This document shows positions 1-7,067 of a DNA stretch of 27,276 nt, piece after piece. Origin of the DNA: an uncultured delta proteobacterium (GTDB lineage: Bacteria > Desulfobacterota > Binatia > UBA9968); assembly GCA_963816145.1 (NCBI GenBank), contig CAWFJP010000019.1, forward strand, positions 1-27,276, in the 5' to 3' direction. How positions within the stretch are numbered: the stretch's first letter is position 1; the number at the start of each line of letters is the position of its first letter. The translations under genes were made by a program, and so were the position numbers. The notes beneath the pieces are model-generated. The model saw nothing but the letters and a program-made list of their open reading frames with translations. It was not told the origin of the DNA and did no database searches.

Positions 1-1485
1 CGTGGCATCGATGGCCGTCATGTGGCGTAAGCGCAAAATCACGACGGGGGCGAAGCTTTTCAAATCCGGCGCCTCCTCAGCCAGCTTATCCGTGGTGCCG
101 AATAGAAAGGGGCCGCGGATACGCAGGATCGTCACATAATCCGGCATGGATTTGTCCTGCAAGATGTGCGGCCGGCCATTTTCAATCAATTCGTCGGTGA
201 TGGTCGCCACCGTTGTTGTCTGTGAAACTCGATAGATATAGAGCAACGCCGCGAGTACCATACCGACTTCGACCGCAACCGTGAGATCGGCGAGCACCGT
301 GAGCGCGAAGGTCGTTAACCACACCGCCCGGTCCGCGTTGGAAAGCTTCAAGATGGCGCCGATCTCTCGCCATTCGCCCATGTTATAGGCGACGACAAAC
401 AGGACCGCAGCGAGCGTCGCCAAAGGGATAAACCGCGCCAGCGGTGCAGCCACTAACAAGATCAATAACAAAGTGAGCGCATGCACCAATCCCGCCACCG
501 GCGACTTGGCGCCCGAACGGATGTTGGTTGCCGTGCGCGCGATCGCCCCCGTGGCTGGGATGCCGCCCACCAAAGGACTTGCCAGATTAGCCACCCCTTG
601 GGCGATCAATTCAACATTGGAATTGTGCTTGTCGCCGCTCATGCCGTCGGCCACCACCGCCGACAGCAAGCTTTCAACAGCGGCGAGCAGCGCCACCGTC
701 AGGGCCGAAGGCAACAGCGGGATGATCAGATCGGCGCGAAATGCCGGCATGGCAAAAGTCGGCAAGCCGGTGGGGATCCCGCCGAATTGGCTGCCGATCG
801 TAGCAATTGGCAAATCAAACAGCGCGGTGGCTGCGGTGCCCAAGAAGAGCGCCATGATCGATCCTGGAATCTTATTTGTCAGGCGCGGCGCAATAAGAAT
901 AAGGCCTAGAGAGGCAGTAGCGACCGTCGCCGTAAGCCAGTCAAGGGTCGGCAGATGATGAGCCAGTACTTCCATCCGTTCGAAAAACTCGCTTGGCGAG
1001 GTAGGAATGGTCAGGCCGAGAAAATCCTTGATTTGGGTCGACGCGATCAGCAACGCGATGCCGTTAGTAAATCCGATGGTAACCGGGCGGGGAATGAATT
1101 TGACCGCTGCGCCTAAGCCGGTGATACCCATCGCAATCAGCAAAACGCCGGCCATCAGGGTCACCATGAACAAACCCGAAAGGCCGAATTTGACGATGAT
1201 GCCGGCGACGATGACGACAAATGCTCCCGTTGGCCCGCCGATTTGGACCCGCGATCCGCCCAGCGCTGAAATCAAAAAACCGGCGACGACCGCCGTGTAA
1301 AGACCGGCCTGAGGAGTCACCCCAGACGCGATGCCAAAAGCCATCGCCAGCGGTAAAGCCACCAGCCCGACCGTGACCCCGGCGACGCCGTCAGCGATCA
1401 GATCCTGTCGAGTATACTGCTGAAAACACAGAAACAATTTGGGCAGCCATTTTTTATTCGCGACCGATGATGCGAGTTGACTCAC
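1..1485 (-). CDS. SulP/SLC26-family anion permease with C-terminal STAS domain (DauA/YchM-like); 3' end runs off the window
   Basis: Not in the ORF track because there is no stop in the window. Manual translation of both ends and internal spot checks share one frame: GTG at 1485 (overlaps the ArsR stop, GTGA), DLIADGVAGVTVGLVALPLAMAFGIA, AVVADGMSGDKHNSNVELIA, DLTVAVEVGMVLAALLYI, and STAS motifs GPFLFG and VILRLRHMTAIDAT. Confidence 0.9.
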   Translation of the reverse strand, partial: MSQLASSVANKKWLPKLFLCFQQYTRQDLIADGVAGVTVGLVALPLAMAFGIASGVTPQAGLYTAVVAGFLISALGGSRVQIGGPTGAFVVIVAGIIVKFGLSGLFMVTLMAGVLLIAMGITGLGAAVKFIPRPVTIGFTNGIALLIASTQIKDFLGLTIPTSPSEFFERMEVLAHHLPTLDWLTATVATASLGLILIAPRLTNKIPGSIMALFLGTAATALFDLPIATIGSQFGGIPTGLPTFAMPAFRADLIIPLLPSALTVALLAAVESLLSAVVADGMSGDKHNSNVELIAQGVANLASPLVGGIPATGAIARTATNIRSGAKSPVAGLVHALTLLLILLVAAPLARFIPLATLAAVLFVVAYNMGEWREIGAILKLSNADRAVWLTTFALTVLADLTVAVEVGMVLAALLYIYRVSQTTTVATITDELIENGRPHILQDKSMPDYVTILRIRGPFLFGTTDKLAEEAPDLKSFAPVVILRLRHMTAIDAT

Positions 1486-1829
1486 TTTAGCAAGTTCTCC
1501 TTTTCGGCTTGACCGATCTCCTTGAGCATAGATACCGCCTCCTCCACATGACTTTGGAAATAGCGCCGCATAATGTCCATGAGCTCGTTCAGCAGCGGAT
1601 CGCGCAAAGAATAAAACACTTGGTTGCCTTCCTTGCGGCTGCTGACGATCTGTCGACCTCGGAGTATCGCTAGATGTTGCGACGCGTTGGCTTGCTCGAT
1701 CGCCAAACGCTCGATGATGGTTCCCGCGGACAATTCTCCGTCTCGCAACACTTCAAGGATGGCGATTCGGGTCGGATGGGCAAGGGCCTGAAAGATACTC
1801 GCTTTAAACTGTCTTAATGTTTCGGGCAT
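1482..1829 (-). CDS. ArsR/SmtB-family transcriptional repressor (cysteine-free)
   Basis: FQALAHPTRIAIL...SQHLAILR...RKEGNQVFYSL winged-HTH signature. ATG at 1829 has a GGAG RBS, so it is preferred over the track's 1874 start. Confidence 0.92.
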   Translation of the reverse strand: MPETLRQFKASIFQALAHPTRIAILEVLRDGELSAGTIIERLAIEQANASQHLAILRGRQIVSSRKEGNQVFYSLRDPLLNELMDIMRRYFQSHVEEAVSMLKEIGQAEKENLLK

Positions 1830-1873
1830 GACGAAATCTCCGATAACTGCGATATCGGTCATTGTAACGGCCA

Positions 1874-1905
1874 ATTAGTATATTCGCAATATCGAATATA
1901 CTAAT
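1874..1905. promoter_or_regulatory. Perfect 13-6-13 inverted repeat, probable ArsR autoregulatory operator
   Basis: ATTAGTATATTCG-CAATAT-CGAATATACTAAT, 45 bp upstream of the arsR ATG. It contains a -10-like TATACT on the minus strand. Confidence 0.75.
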
Positions 1906-2022
1906 ATGATGGTTAAATACTCCTACCCTCTGGCACAATTAAATAACTCACGTATTTTCAATACCTTATGGATAAGGCTGTTAGACAGCGAGGGGTCGAC
2001 GCTAAGCAATTTCATTAGTTCG

Positions 2023-2061
2023 AAAAGCAAAAGCCGAGAGAAGTCTCCCGGCTTTTGCTTT
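2023..2061 (-). terminator. Rho-independent terminator downstream of the amidohydrolase gene
   Basis: Minus strand AAAGCAAAAGCCGGGAG-ACTT-CTCTCGGCTTTTGCTTTT: long stem with a G.U pair that only works on the minus-strand transcript, and a U-rich tail. Confidence 0.8.
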
Positions 2062-2070
2062 GCCGCTGGC

Positions 2071-2106
2071 TTGAACTATTTGAACGTTTTGAATGGCTTG
2101 AACGCG
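2071..2106 (+). repeat. 4 x 9-bp direct repeat TTGAAY-N3
   Basis: TTGAACTAT TTGAACGTT TTGAATGGC TTGAACGCG, between the amidohydrolase stop and its terminator. Confidence 0.8.
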
Positions 2107-2113
2107 TGTAAAT

Positions 2114-3196
2114 CTAAACCCGAAAAAACCGCTTGGCATTGAGTCCCAGCACCTTGGCCTTCTCATCGTGGGTCAAATCCGGCCGCTCGATGGTTTCGTG
2201 AATCATCTGCCTGGCGGCGATCAAGTCGACCTCATGGGGATAGTCCGAGGCGTAAGCAAATCCATCGGCGCCGCACTGTTTGATGACGAAGGGCAATATC
2301 CATTCATTGCCCTCGACCCCGACCAGCACTTGGCCGCTTGAAAGATAGTCGTTGAGACTGCGCGCGTGACCGGTGCTAGTCGTGTAGACATTGTCGTCGC
2401 GGTCCATGCGGTCTTTCAACAACAGCACCCAAGCACAGCCGCCCTCGAAGAAACCGATATGCAGATCTTTGAAGCGGTCGAGCACGCCATGATAAACTAG
2501 CGAGACGAATTCCAGCGCCAACGGCACCGGATGGCGCAGCACGCGTGAAGCCCAAGGGTCGGTAAAGGTATCCTGCCCAAGACCCACACCCGAACCGCCG
2601 TGGACACCGAGCACGCAGCCGAGACTAGCCGCCTCCTCGTAGATCGGCCAGTAGTAGTCGTGACCCAGATGCAGGGGCAGGCCGCGCGATGGCAACATGG
2701 CACCGGGCAGTTTTAGCTCCACCACCAAACGGCGCAGCTCATTTCTCGCCGCATTGACATCTTGCATGGCAAGCAGTCCCATGGGGAACAGCCGCTTGTC
2801 GACTTTGCGGTAGCGCTCGGCGACATAGTCATTGAAAGCGCGGCAGATCCGCGTCGCATAATCGGCCTGCTGGAAAAATCCCACCGACAAACCTTCCGAA
2901 GGAAACAACACGGCTTCGCTGACGCCGGCTTTTTCCAAGAATGCGACCCAGTCCTCGCCGGAGCCCTTGCGCTCGCTGCTGGCATCGACGCGGGGCCGGC
3001 GCGGCGGCTCAACCTCGCCGGATTTGCGCACGTTGCGCGGGTAGTGAATATTGTCCAAGCTCGCGAACACACCCTGCCGATTGCGCACGGGTGTTAACGC
3101 AACCTCACGATCCACCGGATCGAGAAACTGCACCATCTCAGGAATCGATTCGATGATATGACCGTCGCAATCGAAGACCACAATGCTTTCCGCCAT
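2114..3196 (-). CDS. Amidohydrolase family protein (amidohydro_2, ACMSD/LigW-like TIM barrel)
   Basis: N-terminal metal motif FDCDGH, LGVHGG, FFEGGCAW, C-terminal ASDYPH and GLNAKRFF; GGAGG RBS upstream. Confidence 0.9.
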   Translation of the reverse strand: MAESIVVFDCDGHIIESIPEMVQFLDPVDREVALTPVRNRQGVFASLDNIHYPRNVRKSGEVEPPRRPRVDASSERKGSGEDWVAFLEKAGVSEAVLFPSEGLSVGFFQQADYATRICRAFNDYVAERYRKVDKRLFPMGLLAMQDVNAARNELRRLVVELKLPGAMLPSRGLPLHLGHDYYWPIYEEAASLGCVLGVHGGSGVGLGQDTFTDPWASRVLRHPVPLALEFVSLVYHGVLDRFKDLHIGFFEGGCAWVLLLKDRMDRDDNVYTTSTGHARSLNDYLSSGQVLVGVEGNEWILPFVIKQCGADGFAYASDYPHEVDLIAARQMIHETIERPDLTHDEKAKVLGLNAKRFFRV

Positions 3197-3514
3197 TTGA
3201 ATCCTCCGAAGAATTGATGATCTGGAATCAATCTGTCTCTATCACAAAGTCGAATCAGCATGAAAGGCGTTGCCGATGACCATTGATAGCGACATCGGTA
3301 CGCCGAGCCATCCGCTCATGCGCGACGTTTCGCATAGCCGAATAATTCTTGGTGGGAGGATTCGTCGTAAATCCTAGCTAAAACATGACAACGCGGGAAC
3401 CCCAGGCAGTCACAGCGCGCCACAATCGAGTACCACAGCGATGATTACGTCAATCTCGCGCGGCTTTCTTGACATTCGCTGCCGATATGAATAAGTAACG
3501 TCGCCAAAAGCAAC

Positions 3515-4357
3515 ATGTACATGTCCAAATATCGCGCCCGATCTTGTCCCAAGTGCGGTTACTATCTTGGCTTCTCGATATCACAGCGGCTGCCTAAACC
3601 AGCCCAGGTCGCCGTGACTAATTTTTGCCTCAATTGCAACTACAAATTGCCTGTGGTTAGTATTGTCAGAGGGGTTCGGCGGACGCCGCGTCCGCCTAAG
3701 CGTGGGCTCTTGCGCTTGATTTCAGAGAGGGGTCGCGGTGCGGCGATGTCGTTCAACACCTTCAAGCAGAGCAAATCCATGGGCAATGCTATCGGCAATA
3801 CCGACTACGGCCGCCATCTGCGCGTCATCGGTCAGGACCTGGAGAACCTCCACTTCAGCAGATTTAATTTAGAATTTACCGGTGACGCCTACCTAGTCTG
3901 GGTAAGGTCAGAGTCGGCAACCGGAAACCAGAATCCCCTGTTGCGAATCAGCCGTAGCCGGCTACAAAAGCTGTGGAAAAATCGCACTGAGCTGCGCACT
4001 GTCGGTCACGAGGAAACCTATACGGACACCACCGCGCAACCGGCCAGGCGCTTACGGTACTCACTCCAAGATCTCGACCGGATCGAGCGCGACCGGCGCC
4101 AGCTGCGACGCCGCCATAGCGGCAACGCCGATGGTCATGGACTTTCGCAACTGCTGCGGACGATCGGTGAGTTGATCGAACAGCGCAACGAACGCCTGCT
4201 CGGCATTTCGTGGCAGGAACTTTCGATCAGTATGATTGTCGAAAATTCCCAGGGCCGCAAAGGAATCGATGTTTTCAGGCCCGACAATCTTTACGACCTT
4301 TGGGTGAAGATGTATCTGAAGCGGGACAACCGGGCGATCTCCGACACGCCGCGCTAA
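3515..4357 (+). CDS. Hypothetical protein: N-terminal Zn-ribbon (CPKC...CLNC) plus an internally duplicated LRxIGxx(L/I)E domain
   Basis: 280-aa ORF filling an intergenic gap; two CxxC pairs; repeats HLRVIGQDLE and LLRTIGELIE. Start could be 3521. Confidence 0.75.
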   Translation: MYMSKYRARSCPKCGYYLGFSISQRLPKPAQVAVTNFCLNCNYKLPVVSIVRGVRRTPRPPKRGLLRLISERGRGAAMSFNTFKQSKSMGNAIGNTDYGRHLRVIGQDLENLHFSRFNLEFTGDAYLVWVRSESATGNQNPLLRISRSRLQKLWKNRTELRTVGHEETYTDTTAQPARRLRYSLQDLDRIERDRRQLRRRHSGNADGHGLSQLLRTIGELIEQRNERLLGISWQELSISMIVENSQGRKGIDVFRPDNLYDLWVKMYLKRDNRAISDTPR

Positions 4358-4392
4358 ATTCCCCGCGCGGCCGCACGGCACCGCCAACTATG

Positions 4393-6297
4393 CTATTTTT
4401 GCGCTAAACTAACGCTCGATGTTTCGATTCCGGTCGGCAGTAAAAGCTGCTCGTGCAATGCCACGCGTTTGTAGAGCGTTACCGGGATGCGCATGGTAAA
4501 AGTTGAGCCCTTTCCCGGTTCGCTGTCGACGCAAATCTCGCCGCCAAGAATGTCCATGTATTTTTTGACGATGTAGAGCCCCAGCCCCACGCCGCCATGT
4601 TGCAGTACCAGATGAGCCTCGTGCAATTGGCGAAATTTCTCGAAAATCACCCCGCGCCGATCGCTCGCCATGCCGATGCCTGTATCAGCGACCGTGAGTT
4701 CAAGAACCTTGGCCGGCGCTAAGTAATTCAGCGAGATCACCACGGACCCATGATCGGTGAACTTGACGGCATTGTTGATCAAGTTTTCGGCGATGCGCTT
4801 GAGCTTGGGCCGATCGCTTTGCACCGTCGGCAAGTCCGCCGGGTAGTCCCAGATGATTTTGACGTTCTTGGCCAGCGGGGAGTCGTACTCCGCGCGCAGC
4901 TCGGACATAAATTCCCAAAGATTGATCTCGTTCTTGGCGGCCCGCAGAGTTTCGGACTCGATGTCGCTCACTTGCAAAACTTTACTGATGAGACCGCCAA
5001 GCTCTGTCGACTGCCGCTCGATCGTCTCGATCGCCTTCTCCTGAATTGGCGTCAGTTGTCCCAACATGCCTTGGTTGAACATGTCAGTGTAGCCCGAGAT
5101 GACGTTCAACGGCGTCTTCAACTCGTTGGAAACCACCTTGAGAAACTCGTCTTTGATCTTGTGCGCATGACGCAGCTCTTCGGTCTGCTGCTGGCTTTGG
5201 CGGTACAACTGCGAGTGGTGAATCGCGATGGCGGCCTGCCCGGCCAGCGTCTTTAAAAACTCGATTTCTTCGGCACCGAAACTATGCTCTTCGCGGGCAG
5301 CATAAACGAGGCAACCGAGGTTCTGGCCGTTGGCCACTAAGGGCATTCCAAAAATCGACACCAACCCCTCTTTCTTAAAAAACTCCAGATTCTCGACACG
5401 CTCGTCGGTAAATACGTTGCGGACGATTACGGGCTCAACGGCTTTCATGATCCCGTCTATAAAGCTGAGCGAATCCGCGTCCAACCGTTCCTTGGCATCG
5501 AAGCCCTTTGCGGCAACCATGTCGATCAACTGGGATTGCGGGTCGCGGAGCCGAACTAACGCAGCGGCGTAGGGCAGATGGGTTAAGGTTTTCTCCAACA
5601 ATGCATTCAGAATGCTTCTGGTTTCATTGGTCGAGGTCACAGCGGCGTTGACATCATGCATCGCCTCCAAGCGCTCGCGCTGGCGGCGCAGTTCTTCTGC
5701 GGCCCGCTGCTCGCGCCGCACCTCCTCCTCTTTCTCACGGGCCGCCCGGCGCATTCGGCCGACTTGCGCGAAGTAACCGTAAAATAGCGAGATGACGAAT
5801 GGAAAGGGCAACTGGACGAAAAGCTCCGGCTCCAATACGGTCGACGAACTGAACAACGCGTAGGCGTAGAGCAGCGGCGCTAGAATCGTCACGACTAGGA
5901 GCCCTCGTGAGTCGTTGCAGATCAGACTCAAGACGACAGTGACGACACAGGCGATGTAAAAGTCCGGACTAGTCGCGCCGGTGGCGCTCAACATTACAAT
6001 CAGCACCAAGGTGTCGAAGACCAGCAATGGCCCATAGAAATATGGCGAATCGAAAAAATCATCCGCCAAAAAATACAGCGTAGCGTGGCTCAACAAATAG
6101 AGACTCAGAATCACTTGGACCTGGGTCGCGGAAAGCCAGGCAACCTGCGCGTAGTAAAGTAGATAGGAGGACAGAATCACCAGCGGCCAGCGCAAACGGA
6201 TAACCGTTTCTTTTCGCGCGACCCCGAAAATGAAGTCGACATTCCACGGCCGTTGCTTGTTAGCGATTTCACCGCTGCGCATGGTCTGCATGATCAC
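4393..6297 (-). CDS. Membrane GAF-domain histidine-kinase-like protein with degenerate H-box (SNELKTPL)
   Basis: About 5-6 hydrophobic N-terminal helices, coiled coil, GAF (FGAEEIEFLKTLAGQAAIAI), HisKA-like DEFLKVVSNELKTPL, HATPase boxes NLINNAVKFT, DTGIGM, IFEKF, GVGLGL. Start ambiguous (6297, 6291 or 6282). Confidence 0.9.
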   Translation of the reverse strand: MIMQTMRSGEIANKQRPWNVDFIFGVARKETVIRLRWPLVILSSYLLYYAQVAWLSATQVQVILSLYLLSHATLYFLADDFFDSPYFYGPLLVFDTLVLIVMLSATGATSPDFYIACVVTVVLSLICNDSRGLLVVTILAPLLYAYALFSSSTVLEPELFVQLPFPFVISLFYGYFAQVGRMRRAAREKEEEVRREQRAAEELRRQRERLEAMHDVNAAVTSTNETRSILNALLEKTLTHLPYAAALVRLRDPQSQLIDMVAAKGFDAKERLDADSLSFIDGIMKAVEPVIVRNVFTDERVENLEFFKKEGLVSIFGMPLVANGQNLGCLVYAAREEHSFGAEEIEFLKTLAGQAAIAIHHSQLYRQSQQQTEELRHAHKIKDEFLKVVSNELKTPLNVISGYTDMFNQGMLGQLTPIQEKAIETIERQSTELGGLISKVLQVSDIESETLRAAKNEINLWEFMSELRAEYDSPLAKNVKIIWDYPADLPTVQSDRPKLKRIAENLINNAVKFTDHGSVVISLNYLAPAKVLELTVADTGIGMASDRRGVIFEKFRQLHEAHLVLQHGGVGLGLYIVKKYMDILGGEICVDSEPGKGSTFTMRIPVTLYKRVALHEQLLLPTGIETSSVSLAQK

Positions 6298-6343
6298 TGT
6301 CGATGCTCTTTAAGATGAACTTGAACCCTCGGTAAGAATTGAC

Positions 6344-6359
6344 AGCACATCACGTGCCA
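6344..6359 (-). promoter_or_regulatory. Sigma54 (RpoN) -24/-12 promoter for the GAF kinase-like gene
   Basis: Minus strand TGGCACGTGATGTGCT: GG-N10-GC spacing, one mismatch to TGGCACG-N4-TTGCW, about 47 bp upstream of the gene start. Confidence 0.7.
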
Positions 6360-6577
6360 TTGGCTCGAGTGGTCATTAAACGACCGGCAGCGGTGAAATT
6401 TGTCTCGAATTGTCAATGACTTGACCATCGGCTGATTCAGCCGTGGGCTATACGCGCCAGCGACGCCGGACAATTTATACTGCGACGGCACAAAAATGTC
6501 GTAAGTTGCCTTCAGACCCCCGCAAGGACAGAAATGTTCAAAGTATGCAGGATCCTTCAGCCAGCAGGGTGTTTTGA

Positions 6578-7063
6578 CTAACTGGCAGCAGCGGCCAGCT
6601 TGATCTTTTCTTGGGCGGCGCGCACCGCGCGGAGGATTTCGGCATAGCCGGCACAGCGGCACAGATTACCCGCAAGATATTCTCGAATCTGATCATCGCT
6701 CGGATCGGCGTTTTCGGCGAGCAGGGCTTTGACCGAGAGCACAAAGCCTGGCGTGCAGTAGGCGCACTGCAAGGCGCGCTCTTCCACCCACGCTTGCTGG
6801 ATCGGATGAAGCGAATCGCCGTCACTCAGACCTTCGAGCGTAAGGACCTCATGCCCCGCGGCGCGCGCTGCCAAGTGTAAACAGGCACTCACCGGCTTGC
6901 CATCGAGCAGTACCGTGCAGCTGCCGCAGGCGCTGACACCGCAAGCTTCGCGCACGCTCCAAAGCTGGAAACGGTCGCGCAAGACTTCCAACAGAGTATC
7001 GGCGTCATCAATGACAAGCGAAACGTCCCGCTGGTTAAGCCGTAAGTGAATCTCGCGTTTCAT
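6578..7063 (-). CDS. Xanthine dehydrogenase/CoxS-family (2Fe-2S) small subunit
   Basis: CGVSACGSC...C and QCAYCTPG...GNLCRCAGY cluster motifs. Confidence 0.95.
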   Translation of the reverse strand: MKREIHLRLNQRDVSLVIDDADTLLEVLRDRFQLWSVREACGVSACGSCTVLLDGKPVSACLHLAARAAGHEVLTLEGLSDGDSLHPIQQAWVEERALQCAYCTPGFVLSVKALLAENADPSDDQIREYLAGNLCRCAGYAEILRAVRAAQEKIKLAAAAS

Positions 7064-7067
7064 GAAA

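Noticed and set aside
1906-2142. 78-aa ORF containing LNYLNVLNGLNA
   Set aside because: The periodic peptide is just the translation of the 9-bp repeat; the ORF runs through a terminator and overlaps the amidohydrolase end.
3469-3497. Sigma70 promoter from TTGACA upstream of the Zn-ribbon gene (similar TTGACA at 10338)
   Set aside because: Perfect -35 but no convincing -10 at 16-18 bp spacing.
6294-6662. 122-aa minus-strand ORF bridging the Fe-S subunit and the kinase-like gene
   Set aside because: No recognisable motif, overlaps the Fe-S gene out of frame, and spans a credible sigma54 promoter region.
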